Of a stretch of 62,168 nt of DNA, positions 26,922 to 35,562 are shown one piece after another. The stretch is from contig JAKPTG010000018.1 of NCBI GenBank assembly GCA_029571005.1, forward strand, positions 1 through 62,168. The letters run 5' to 3'. Position 1 is the first letter of the stretch. Every line of letters starts with the position of its first letter. This DNA is from Candidatus Fermentibacterota bacterium (GTDB taxonomy: Bacteria > Fermentibacterota > Fermentibacteria > Fermentibacterales > JCC-6). The notes under the pieces are model-generated. The model made no database searches. It was not told the origin of the DNA and saw nothing but the letters and a program-made list of their open reading frames with translations. Position numbers and translations under genes: made by a program.

Positions 26922-28043
26922 ATGGAAAAACCGGCCTTTCTTCTGATGATCCTCCTTGCCGCGGGCCTGGCGTCCGGGGAGGAAAACTGCCGATTCTTCT
27001 GGGTCTCCAGGGACGCCCTGGTGCATCCCGACACCCTGAACGCGCTGATACTCCGGGCGGAGGCGGCGGGGGCCAACGGCCTCATCGTCCAGGTGGTCGG
27101 GAGGGGCGAGGCGTATTACCGGTCCGAGATCCTTCCCAGGGCTTCCTACGGCGGCTACGACGATCCCCTGGCCTATCTGCTGGCCGCGGCGAAGCCAAGG
27201 GGCATGGAGATTCACGCCTGGATCAACGCGTTCCTGGTCTGGTCGTCGCCGGTTCCCCCGGCGGATTCCGGGCACGTATGGCACAGCCGTCCGGAATGGT
27301 TTCTGGGGCACGTCTCCGGAAAGTCCTCCAGGGATTTCACTCCCGGGGAGGCGGAGGCGGCGGGGCTCGTCGGGGCGACCCTGTCTCCGGCACTGCCGGA
27401 GGTGAGGGCGTTCGTGGCGTCCATCGCTGAGGAGATCGCCCTGAACTACCCGGTCGAGGGAATTCACCTTGACTACGTCAGGTACCCGGGCCCGTCCTTC
27501 GGTTTCGAACCCGGTGCGGTGGCCCTGTTCTACAACGAAACCGGGTGTCTGCCCCGGAACTCCCCCGAGGTGTGGAAGCGATGGAGGGCGGACCAGGTGG
27601 GCATGACCGTGGAGACGGTGAGGTTCAGGCTGAACTCTTCCGCCCCGGCCACCCTCCTCTCCTGCGCCGTCATGCCGAACCCGGCCACGGCTTACGGTGA
27701 CTTCGGGTGTCCCTGGCGGGAGTGGCTCGACCGGGGGCTTGTGGATTTCGTCTGCCCCATGGCCTACACCCCCGACCGCAGCAGGTCCCGGGCGCTGGCG
27801 GCAGGCGCCCTGGCGGAGAACTCCGGCGATGTGGTTTACGGGGTCGCGGTTTACAACCAGCCGGTGGCTTCGGCGCTGGAGAGCGCATCCGGGGCTCTGG
27901 CCCTGGGGGCCGGCGGGATCTGTGTTTACAGCCTCAACTCCCTGCCTGCGGGCGGCGAGTTCGAACTGGCCGGGTTCTGGGGGACCGGTTCCCCGAGGCA
28001 CGAGTACGGCCCGCACCTCTTCCACATGGTGGCGGCTCCGTGA
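26922..28043 (+). CDS. Exported glycosyl-hydrolase-like family 10 (GHL10/YngK-like) protein
   Basis: Signal peptide MEKPAFLLMILLAAGLASG. Motifs: NGLIVQVVGRGEAYYRSEILP, DPLAYLLAAAKPRGMEIHAWINAF, EGIHLDYVRYPG. Confidence 0.65.
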   Translation: MEKPAFLLMILLAAGLASGEENCRFFWVSRDALVHPDTLNALILRAEAAGANGLIVQVVGRGEAYYRSEILPRASYGGYDDPLAYLLAAAKPRGMEIHAWINAFLVWSSPVPPADSGHVWHSRPEWFLGHVSGKSSRDFTPGEAEAAGLVGATLSPALPEVRAFVASIAEEIALNYPVEGIHLDYVRYPGPSFGFEPGAVALFYNETGCLPRNSPEVWKRWRADQVGMTVETVRFRLNSSAPATLLSCAVMPNPATAYGDFGCPWREWLDRGLVDFVCPMAYTPDRSRSRALAAGALAENSGDVVYGVAVYNQPVASALESASGALALGAGGICVYSLNSLPAGGEFELAGFWGTGSPRHEYGPHLFHMVAAP

Positions 28044-28807
28044 ACCTGGGCGTGCTGTCTTCGGGCTCCAGCGGCAATGCGCTGGTGGTGGAGCACGAAG
28101 GTAAATGCGTCTTTTTGGATAACGGCCTGAGCGGGTGTGAACACGGAAAGAGGCTTCAGGAAGCCGGTTTTCATGGGATTCAGCCTTTGGGGCTGTTTCT
28201 CAGCCATGAGCACGGAGACCACGTCCGGGGGGCGGGGGTCCTGGCCAGGAAGTGGAAGATTCCGGTTTTTTCCACCCGGGGCACCTATTTCGGAGCCGGG
28301 CTCCACAGGCAGAAACTGCCCGGCGGGTTCGAGGCGGCCGCCAACGGCGACACGGTGGAACTCGGCCCCTTCAGCGTAACTTTCTTCAGCGTCTCCCACG
28401 ATGCGGCGGACCCCTCGGGATTCCTCATCAGGGCCGGGGGGGTTAGCGTCGGTATCGCCACGGACCTGGGCAAAGCCGGGGCCCTGCTGGTTCAGACCCT
28501 CGGCGGGTGCAACGGTCTGGTGCTGGAGTTCAACCATGACCTGGACATGCTCTGGGACGGGCCCTACCCATGGCCTTTGAAGCAGCGGATTTCCTCCGGG
28601 CTGGGGCACATGAGCAACGATGACGGGGCGGAGCTTCTGTCGCGGCTCGCCCATCCTGAACTGAAGGTCTGTGTTCTTGCCCATCTCAGCCGTGAGAACA
28701 ACACCCCGGAACTGGCCATGGCCAGCGCCGTCAGGGTGGCGGAGGACAGGTTTACCCTGTTGGCGGGAAGCAGGCATGCTGCTCTGCCCTCGATACAGGT
28801 AGTGTAG
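28040..28807 (+). CDS. MBL-fold metallo-hydrolase (YycJ/WalJ-like)
   Basis: GTG 28040 overlaps the upstream stop (GTGA). Motifs: GSSGNALVVE, HxHxDH motif LSHEHGDHVRG, HLSRENN. Confidence 0.75.
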   Translation: MNLGVLSSGSSGNALVVEHEGKCVFLDNGLSGCEHGKRLQEAGFHGIQPLGLFLSHEHGDHVRGAGVLARKWKIPVFSTRGTYFGAGLHRQKLPGGFEAAANGDTVELGPFSVTFFSVSHDAADPSGFLIRAGGVSVGIATDLGKAGALLVQTLGGCNGLVLEFNHDLDMLWDGPYPWPLKQRISSGLGHMSNDDGAELLSRLAHPELKVCVLAHLSRENNTPELAMASAVRVAEDRFTLLAGSRHAALPSIQVV

Positions 28808-28810
28808 GAG

Positions 28811-29344
28811 GTGTCTTTGAAACCGGCGTTCATTGCCGTTCTGCTGATATCGGCGGCGGCCTCGGCGGGTACCGCCGACCTGTTCACGGAAGTCGGCACC
28901 GGGTTCGCCCTGGGAGGCTGGGGAGAGGGCTTCGGCCCCGGTTTCAACCTTGGTCTTGGCGGCGAGTGGAGGTTTACTCCCGGGTTCAGGGCCGGAGGGG
29001 CGGTGGACATGTCGGCCTTTTCCCGCAGTGACGGAGGGGGGGCGAGCCTGTTCATGTCCAGGCCCATGGTCAGGGCGGCCTTCTACTTCAATCCCGGAAG
29101 CGCCTCGTTCAACCCCGGGGTCACCGCTTCCTTCGGGATGTGCCGAACCGCTCTGGAATCCGGCGGCGGGGCGGACAGCCCCAGCTGGGACCCCTTCTGG
29201 AGGGCGGGAATCCGATGGGACATGAGTCTCGGCGCTCCCTGGCGGGCGGCCCTGGGGCTCGACCTCGAGAGCGTCATGGCGGAGGGGAAGAGCGGGGACG
29301 CCGTCAGGCTGGTTCTCGCCGTCTCCCGGGAGGTGAGGCTGTGA
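28811..29344 (+). CDS. Small exported Gly-rich protein, probable outer-membrane beta-barrel
   Basis: Start is GTG 28811 or, better spaced from GGAGG (28807..28811), TTG 28817. Signal-like KPAFIAVLLISAAASA. Alternating beta-pattern. Same size class as the 2348..2914 product. Confidence 0.5.
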   Translation: MSLKPAFIAVLLISAAASAGTADLFTEVGTGFALGGWGEGFGPGFNLGLGGEWRFTPGFRAGGAVDMSAFSRSDGGGASLFMSRPMVRAAFYFNPGSASFNPGVTASFGMCRTALESGGGADSPSWDPFWRAGIRWDMSLGAPWRAALGLDLESVMAEGKSGDAVRLVLAVSREVRL

Positions 29345-29988
29345 GGAGGCTGGCTGCAATCATGACCATGGCGGCGCTGTTGTCCGCCGGGTGCGACAGA
29401 AATCCCCTTTTCCTTCGCCTCAGCGCCGACTACTATCCGATCTCCGCCGTGGGCGCGGTTTGGGAGTACTCCGCGGAGGGCGGCGGAACCAGGATAGTGA
29501 CCGTGATCGACCAGGCCATAGTGGACCAGAGGCCTTGCTACAGGCTCCAGTCCGGGGCCGGATACGACTACTGGATCAACGAGAACGGTCTGCTGGAACA
29601 CTACGAAGACCACCGGGTGCTTTTCAACGGTTACGAGGTGCCCGTGTACCAGGCATGGGTGACCTACCTGGAGTGGCCCCTGGCGGACGGCATGAGCAGG
29701 AGGGACTCGGCGTCGGCCCAGGCGGTGAGTCAGGGGATAACCCTGAGCCATACCTGGATAAGGAACACCACCGTATCGGGTCCGGAGGATTCGCCGGACG
29801 GCGTCTGGACCCAGTGCTACCGGGTGCACCAGGAGGAAACCCTCATCAACTGGGTTCGGACCGCTGGGTACGCCCCCGACACGATCTACGCGGTCAGGGA
29901 CATCTGGCTTGCCCCGGATGTGGGGATGGCGGCCAAGGTCACCCCGGACAGCACGGTTTACCTGGTCTCTTTTACACAGGGCGGGTAA
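29341..29988 (+). CDS. Lipoprotein of unknown function
   Basis: GTG 29341 overlaps the upstream stop (GTGA). VRRLAAIMTMAALLSAGC gives lipobox LSAGC. Track ORF 29140.. trimmed. Confidence 0.55.
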   Translation: MRRLAAIMTMAALLSAGCDRNPLFLRLSADYYPISAVGAVWEYSAEGGGTRIVTVIDQAIVDQRPCYRLQSGAGYDYWINENGLLEHYEDHRVLFNGYEVPVYQAWVTYLEWPLADGMSRRDSASAQAVSQGITLSHTWIRNTTVSGPEDSPDGVWTQCYRVHQEETLINWVRTAGYAPDTIYAVRDIWLAPDVGMAAKVTPDSTVYLVSFTQGG

Positions 29989-29989
29989 A

Positions 29990-31312
29990 GTGAGCCAGGG
30001 TGCGCTGTTTTCGATTTTCTTCGGCCTGATCTACATTTACATAGCCGTGGCCCATCGGCGCCGGGGGGCGGCGGTCTGGCTGGGAGCGGCCCTGGCGGTG
30101 CTCGTCAGTCTTCTGCTCGGGCATACCGTGGATGTGGCGGAACTCTTCCGCGGCATCAACTGGAACGTTCTGCTGATCTTCAGCGGCATTCTCTTCATAG
30201 CCGAGGTGATGATAGATGTAGGCATCCCGGCGAACCTGGCGGGCCGGATAATCAACGGCAGCAGGAATTACGGCTGGGCCGCGCTTCTCATCTGTGTCCT
30301 CGCCGGCTTCCTGAGCATCTTCGTGGAAAACGTGGCTACGGTGATGATCGTCGCTCCCATAGCCTTCGAGGTGTGCAGGAAGCACGGAACCAACCCCGTT
30401 CCGCTACTGGTGAGCATCGCGGTGGCCAGCAACCTCCAGGGCACCTCGACCCTGGTGGGGGACCCCCCCAGTATGATTCTGGCCGCCAGTGAGAACATGG
30501 GCTTCAACGACTTCTTCTTCATGCACGGGAAGCCGGGCATTTTCTGGGCGGTGCAGGTCGGGGCGCTGGCGTCCCTGCCGGTGTTGTGGATGCACTTCGG
30601 GGAAAAAAACAAAGAGGTTCCCCGTATAAGGGTGACTCCGGTGGAGAGCTGGGTTCCGGTGATCATCCTTGGGCTGGTGATAGCGGGTCTGGCCCTGATC
30701 AGCCTTTTTGAGAGCGGTGTGGGAACCCTGGCGGGGCTTCTATGCGCCGGAGGGGGAGCGGCGTCGGTGCTCTGGTACGCCGCTTATCGGAGGGGAAGGG
30801 CCGCTCCGGGACGGATGGAACGCACTCCCCGCGGGCTCCTGGCCGCCTTCGATCTGGACACGCTTTTTCTGCTGGCGGGGATCTTCTTCATGGTGGCGGC
30901 CCTCGAGAAATATGGGGTCATGGAGGTCGTCGGGGCCTTTCTGGCCCGGGCCGCCGGTTCCGACCCCCTGGCGGCCTACGTCATGATCGTGGTCGGCTCC
31001 ATGCTGATCAGCGCCTTCGTGGACAACGTTCCCTTCGTTACCGCCATGATCCCCGTCACCAGGGCGCTGGCGGCGAACATGTCCGGAACCGGGGGAGGGC
31101 ACGAGTACCTGACCTTCGGGCTCCTGATCGGCAGTTGCCTGGGCGGTAACATCTCGCCGGTGGGTGCCAGCGCCAACATAGTGGCGGTGTCCCTCCTGAG
31201 GAAACAGGGGTGCAGCGTGACCTTCTGGGATTTCATGAAGATAGGGCTGCCCTTCACCCTGGCGGCCACCGCCGCGGGAGCGCTTTTCATATGGCATTTC
31301 TGGCACCCCTGA
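29990..31312 (+). CDS. ArsB/NhaD/SLC13-superfamily anion permease
   Basis: GTG 29990, 2 nt after the upstream stop. About 10-12 TM helices. Motifs: GINWNVLLIFSGILFIAEV, NLQGTSTLVGDPPSMILA, FVDNVPFVTAMIPV. Confidence 0.7.
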   Translation: MSQGALFSIFFGLIYIYIAVAHRRRGAAVWLGAALAVLVSLLLGHTVDVAELFRGINWNVLLIFSGILFIAEVMIDVGIPANLAGRIINGSRNYGWAALLICVLAGFLSIFVENVATVMIVAPIAFEVCRKHGTNPVPLLVSIAVASNLQGTSTLVGDPPSMILAASENMGFNDFFFMHGKPGIFWAVQVGALASLPVLWMHFGEKNKEVPRIRVTPVESWVPVIILGLVIAGLALISLFESGVGTLAGLLCAGGGAASVLWYAAYRRGRAAPGRMERTPRGLLAAFDLDTLFLLAGIFFMVAALEKYGVMEVVGAFLARAAGSDPLAAYVMIVVGSMLISAFVDNVPFVTAMIPVTRALAANMSGTGGGHEYLTFGLLIGSCLGGNISPVGASANIVAVSLLRKQGCSVTFWDFMKIGLPFTLAATAAGALFIWHFWHP

Positions 31313-32301
31313 GGTTCGTCTGGCCCGGCAACGCCCTGTCCACCCTGGTTGAGACCGCCGACACGCCCCCGGAAATCGAGTCCCGGGCCGGGCTGTTGGT
31401 GGTGGACTCTGCCGTGGAATCCCTCTGGGGCGCCTCCCTGCTCCGGAACACGCCAAGGGTTGTGGTCGAGGGGGGGGAGCAGGCCAAGACCCAGGAGAAC
31501 CTTCTCGTGCTCTGGAAGGCTTTTCACCGCGCCGGCCTGGACAGAGGCGGGGCGGTGTGCGTGGCGGGGGGAGGGGCGGTCTGTGACCTGGGGGCCATGG
31601 CCGCCTCCACCTGGATGCGGGGGGTCCGGCTGGAGCTGATTCCCACCACCCTTCTCTGCATGGCCGACGCCTGCCTCGGCGGGAAGACCGCACTGAACCT
31701 GATGGGCGCCAAGAATCAGGTGGGCACCTTCCATCCCGCGGAAAGGATTACGGTATGCGGGGAGTTTCTGAAGACCCTGCCCCGGCCCGAAATCCTCTCG
31801 GGCAAGGCCGAGGTGCTGAAGACCGCGGTCATAGGGGACAGGGGAATACTGAAGCCCCTGCTGTCCGGGGACTACCGCAACGCCGTCCTGAGGTGCCTTC
31901 GGACCAAGGGCGCCGTAGTGCAGCGGGATTTCCGGGAGCGGGACATCCGGAGGCTTCTGAACCTGGGCCACACCCTGGGCCACGCCCTGGAGATGCTTCT
32001 GCCGGTTTCCCACGGCGCCGGAGTGGCGCTGGGAATGCCCGCCGCCGCCAGGATGGCCGGCGAGGAGGATTTCGCCGCGGAACTGGAGGGGATCCTTCGG
32101 GAGGCGGGCCTTCCGGCCAGGCTTCCCCGTCCGGTGGAGGCTGAGGAGGTGATCCCCCTGATACGTCGGGACAAGAAGGCCGGTGAGAGGGGCAGGACAT
32201 GGGTGCTTCCCAGGGGGTGGGAAAAGTGCGAACTCGCCGTCATACCGCCGGACAGGGAAAAGGAGCTTCTGAAGGAGGCGCTCCGGGCGGCCCGTCCTTG
32301 A
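31291..32301 (+). CDS. aroB: 3-dehydroquinate synthase
   Basis: ATG 31291 (22-nt overlap with the permease). Motifs: GGGAVCDLGAMAAS, IPTTLLCMADACLGGKTALN, KNQVGTFHPA, LNLGHTLGHALE. Confidence 0.85.
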   Translation: MAFLAPLRFVWPGNALSTLVETADTPPEIESRAGLLVVDSAVESLWGASLLRNTPRVVVEGGEQAKTQENLLVLWKAFHRAGLDRGGAVCVAGGGAVCDLGAMAASTWMRGVRLELIPTTLLCMADACLGGKTALNLMGAKNQVGTFHPAERITVCGEFLKTLPRPEILSGKAEVLKTAVIGDRGILKPLLSGDYRNAVLRCLRTKGAVVQRDFRERDIRRLLNLGHTLGHALEMLLPVSHGAGVALGMPAAARMAGEEDFAAELEGILREAGLPARLPRPVEAEEVIPLIRRDKKAGERGRTWVLPRGWEKCELAVIPPDREKELLKEALRAARP

Positions 32302-33050
32302 CTGCCGAGGGCTCGTTCTGGGATCACCTCGAGGAGCTGAGAAGGCGGCTTTTCACCGTGCTGCTGGCCCTCGTCGTCGCGACCGCCGCGGCCTTCGCCT
32401 TCGGCGGACGCATCATGGAGGCGGCCGCGGCCCCGGCGGGGGGTGTTCTGCTGGCGCTCTCGCCAGAGGAGGCGGTGATCGCCAGCATGAAGCTGGCGCT
32501 GGCGGTGGGGGCAGCGGTCTCCTCTCCGGTGACCTTTCTGCAGATCTGGGCGTTCATCGCCCCGGGGCTTTACAGGAACGAGCGGAAGGCCTTTCTTACC
32601 GTAGTGGCCTCGTGCCTCTTCCTGTTCGCCGCGGGGGCCGCCTTCGCCTGGTTCGTCATGTTGAAACCTACGCTGCTTTTGTTCAGAAGCTTCGAAACCG
32701 GGGCCGTTCAGGGCAACTGGAGCGTATCGGGCTACATCGGCTTCCTGGGAACCTTCATCCTGGTGTTCGGCATAGCTTTCCAGCTTCCCCTGGCGATAAT
32801 GATCCTTTCAAGGCTCGGTATCGTTTCCCCCAAGGCCCTTGGGAAGTACCGCCGTCATGTGATAGTGGGAATCCTGGTGATTTCCGCCGTTCTCACGCCT
32901 CCGGACCCGGTCACCCAGGTCACCCTGGCGATACCGCTTTACCTGCTTTTCGAGATCAGCCTTGTTCTCGCCGGGATTTCAGGTGGAAGCCGTTCTCGGG
33001 CTGATTCGCCCGCCTCTCCCGCCGGAGCCGGTCCAGGGCTGCGGCCCTGA
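32298..33050 (+). CDS. tatC: Twin-arginine translocase subunit TatC
   Basis: TTG 32298 overlaps the aroB stop (TTGA). FWDHLEELRRRLF motif and six TM helices. The C-terminal 30 codons run antisense to the convergent epimerase gene. Confidence 0.85.
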   Translation: MTAEGSFWDHLEELRRRLFTVLLALVVATAAAFAFGGRIMEAAAAPAGGVLLALSPEEAVIASMKLALAVGAAVSSPVTFLQIWAFIAPGLYRNERKAFLTVVASCLFLFAAGAAFAWFVMLKPTLLLFRSFETGAVQGNWSVSGYIGFLGTFILVFGIAFQLPLAIMILSRLGIVSPKALGKYRRHVIVGILVISAVLTPPDPVTQVTLAIPLYLLFEISLVLAGISGGSRSRADSPASPAGAGPGLRP

Positions 33051-33870
33051 TGGATTCATCGAAGGGTATCGAAGGCCTGAACCCCAGGTGTCTTCGTATC
33101 CTGCCGAGATCGGCTCTGATCACCGGAACCCCGGCGGGTCTGTCATCCGCGAGAACCTCCGGAAACACGTCCATGGCTTCCTGGAGCACCTGCAGCACCT
33201 GGTATCCGCTCCTTGCCGTTCCCGACCCGAGGTTCAGCGCCGGAGGAAGGCTCCGGGCGCCGGCGGCGGCCAGTATGGCCCGGGCGGCGTCCCTTACGTC
33301 CAGGTAGTCCCGCATGGTGTTCAGGGGACCGGTGGTAAGGGGGCCGGCGGAGAGGCCCAGGGCTATCCGGGCCAGGCGTTCCGCCAGGTCGGGCACCAGC
33401 ATGCCCGGCCCCTGGCCGGGGCCGGTGATGTTGAAGAGTCTCATGGAAACCCCCCGGGAAACCTCCAGTTCCCTGGCGAGCATGCTCTTTCCGTAGGGGG
33501 TCAGGGGGGCCGGAGGCTGATCCTCGTCCACGGTGCCGTCGGCGGCGGCGGGCAGCCCGTAAACGGCGCAGGACGAGGTGTTCACCAGGAATGCGCCCTG
33601 GGTGGCGGAAACCAGGTTTCTTGTCCCCAGGACGTTCACCCTTTCCAGCTCATCGTCGTTTCCCCGGGCCAGGCCGGCCAGGTGGATGACCGTATGGAAA
33701 GACCTTCCCGAAAGCGCCTTTCGGAGGGCTTCCCCATCGCCGATGTCGCAGAGGATGTGCCGCCCCGGCAGAGGCACCGCATCCAGGGTCGTTATGGAAA
33801 ACGACTGATCCGCCGCCCGGACGACAGCCCGGCCCAGGAACCCCGCGGCCCCAGTGATCAGCAGGTTCAA
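32956..33870 (-). CDS. Extended-SDR NAD-dependent epimerase/dehydratase-family protein with atypical catalytic motif (YGKSM instead of YGKSK)
   Basis: MNLLITGAAGFLGRAVV Rossmann start, NTSSCAVYG, PYGKSMLARE. Last gene of a 4-gene minus-strand operon. Confidence 0.75.
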   Translation of the reverse strand: MNLLITGAAGFLGRAVVRAADQSFSITTLDAVPLPGRHILCDIGDGEALRKALSGRSFHTVIHLAGLARGNDDELERVNVLGTRNLVSATQGAFLVNTSSCAVYGLPAAADGTVDEDQPPAPLTPYGKSMLARELEVSRGVSMRLFNITGPGQGPGMLVPDLAERLARIALGLSAGPLTTGPLNTMRDYLDVRDAARAILAAAGARSLPPALNLGSGTARSGYQVLQVLQEAMDVFPEVLADDRPAGVPVIRADLGRIRRHLGFRPSIPFDESIRAAALDRLRRERRANQPENGFHLKSRREQG

Positions 33871-33871
33871 G

Positions 33872-34588
33872 TCAGTTCTCCGGTATGTACGGTGCGGGGT
33901 TGCGCCGGAATTCTTCCTGGGCCGCTGCGTAGTCGTCGGGGTTGCCGATATCCAGCCATCGGCACGGGGGGGTCACGCACCGGACCGTCTCCCCCCGCTC
34001 CAGCAGCCGGGTGACCAGTTCGGGGAAGTCCATCCGGCCTTCCCGGGGGATATGGGCCAGCACGCCCTTCGATACGCCGTAGATCCCCATGCTCACATCG
34101 AAGGTGTATGAGGGTTTCTCGCGGTATCCGGTGACCCGGTCGCCCTCCCTCTCGAGAACTCCGAGGGCGAGGTTCACCGTGCGGGTGTGGGCCGCCACGG
34201 TGAGGGCCGCGCCGCTCTCCCGGTGTACCCGGAAGAACTCGGCGAAGTCCATGGTGGTGAACAGGTCTCCGTTCACCACCAGGGCATGGTCGGGAAAGTC
34301 CTCCACCAGCCCCAGGGGCGCGGCGGTGCCCAGGGGGGCGGGTTCCTTCACCCATTGTATGGTCAGTCCCCGCTGAAGCAGCGGATATTGGTGAAAATAC
34401 GCCCGGAGCAGCTCCGACAGGTGCCCGGTGGCGAAAACAAGCCGCCGGAAGCCGCAGGCGTACAGGCGCTGGACCAGTATCTCCACCACCGGATGATCCC
34501 CCAGGGGAACCAGGGGTTTCGGGAACACCGCCGTGTACGGCGCCAGCCTGGTGCCCTTCCCCCCCGCCAGGATCACGGCGGTGTTCAT
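33872..34588 (-). CDS. Sugar-1-phosphate nucleotidylyltransferase
   Basis: ATG 34588 overlaps the upstream stop (ATGA). Motifs: MNTAVILAGGKGTRLAPYT, PKPLVPLG, VVNGDLF. Track ORF 33872..35476 trimmed. Confidence 0.85.
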   Translation of the reverse strand: MNTAVILAGGKGTRLAPYTAVFPKPLVPLGDHPVVEILVQRLYACGFRRLVFATGHLSELLRAYFHQYPLLQRGLTIQWVKEPAPLGTAAPLGLVEDFPDHALVVNGDLFTTMDFAEFFRVHRESGAALTVAAHTRTVNLALGVLEREGDRVTGYREKPSYTFDVSMGIYGVSKGVLAHIPREGRMDFPELVTRLLERGETVRCVTPPCRWLDIGNPDDYAAAQEEFRRNPAPYIPEN

Positions 34589-35562
34589 ACTGCGTAACCT
34601 CCCCCGGCGTAGAGTTCCCGGTGATCGGCGATCCAGCGGGCGGTGGCCGCAAGCCCCTCCTCCAGGGAGACCAGGGGTCTCCACCCCAGGATTCTTTCCG
34701 CCAGCGCCGGCGATGCCGCCAGCCTCATGACCTCGCCCTGTTCCGGGCGCATTCTCTCGTCTGTGGACACGATTTCCTTTCCCTGCAACCCCAGAATATC
34801 CAGGATGAGCCCGGCCAGGTCTCCCACGGAGGTCTCCCTTCCGGAGCCCAGTTGGACGGTTCTGCCGATAGCTTCCGGGTTTTCTCCCATCTTTGCGAAC
34901 CCCCGGGCGGTGTCGGAGACGTACAGGAAATCCCTGGTGGGTTCCGTGGAGCCGAGTTCTATCCGGTCTTCCCACAGGGCCTGGGTGATGATGGTGGGGA
35001 TCACGGCCCTTCGGGACTGCCCCGGGCCGTAGGTGTTGAAGGGGCGGCAGATGACCACCGGCATGCCGTAGGAGAGGTGGTAGCTCAGGGCGAGCTGATC
35101 GCCGGCGGTCTTGGAAGCCGCGTAGGGCGATTGGGCGTGGAGCCTGTGCTCCTCGGTGATGGGGGTGTCCACCGCGGTGCCGTAAACCTCGCTGGTGGAA
35201 GTAATCACCGTCCGGGCGCCGGTCTCCCTGCATGCATCCAGAACGTTCTGGGTCCCCAGCACGTTCACCGATACCACATCCCCCGGAGAACGGTACGAGT
35301 AGGGGATGCCGATGAGGGCCGCGAGATGGAAGACGGTGTCGCAACCCTCCGCCGCCCTGCGCACCGCCCGGGGATCCCTTACGTCGCCGTAGAAGGGGAC
35401 GATCCCTCCGGCCAGATGCCCGGGAATGTATTTGAGAAGCCCCGGGGACGAGTTGGAGGTGTATCGGAGGAAGCATGCCGTCTCCACTCCCCGTTCCAGG
35501 AGAAGGCGCACCAGATGGTGCCCGATGAAACCCCCGGCGCCGGTGACCAGTACCCTTTTCAC
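34585..35562 (-). CDS. NDP-sugar 4,6-dehydratase/decarboxylase-type extended SDR
   Basis: GTG 35562 overlaps the GT2 stop (GTGA). Motifs: VLVTGAGGFIGHHL, TSTSEVYG, SPYAASK (intact YxxxK), RPFNTYGPGQS. Confidence 0.8.
   Translation of the reverse strand: MKRVLVTGAGGFIGHHLVRLLLERGVETACFLRYTSNSSPGLLKYIPGHLAGGIVPFYGDVRDPRAVRRAAEGCDTVFHLAALIGIPYSYRSPGDVVSVNVLGTQNVLDACRETGARTVITSTSEVYGTAVDTPITEEHRLHAQSPYAASKTAGDQLALSYHLSYGMPVVICRPFNTYGPGQSRRAVIPTIITQALWEDRIELGSTEPTRDFLYVSDTARGFAKMGENPEAIGRTVQLGSGRETSVGDLAGLILDILGLQGKEIVSTDERMRPEQGEVMRLAASPALAERILGWRPLVSLEEGLAATARWIADHRELYAGGGYAV

Noticed and set aside
27495-27515. tRNA T-arm-like string GGTTTCGAACCCGG
   Set aside because: It lies inside the well-supported GHL10-like CDS (encodes FGFEPGA). 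No acceptor, D or anticodon arms can be drawn around it. No other tRNA-like TTCGA motifs occur in intergenic DNA.
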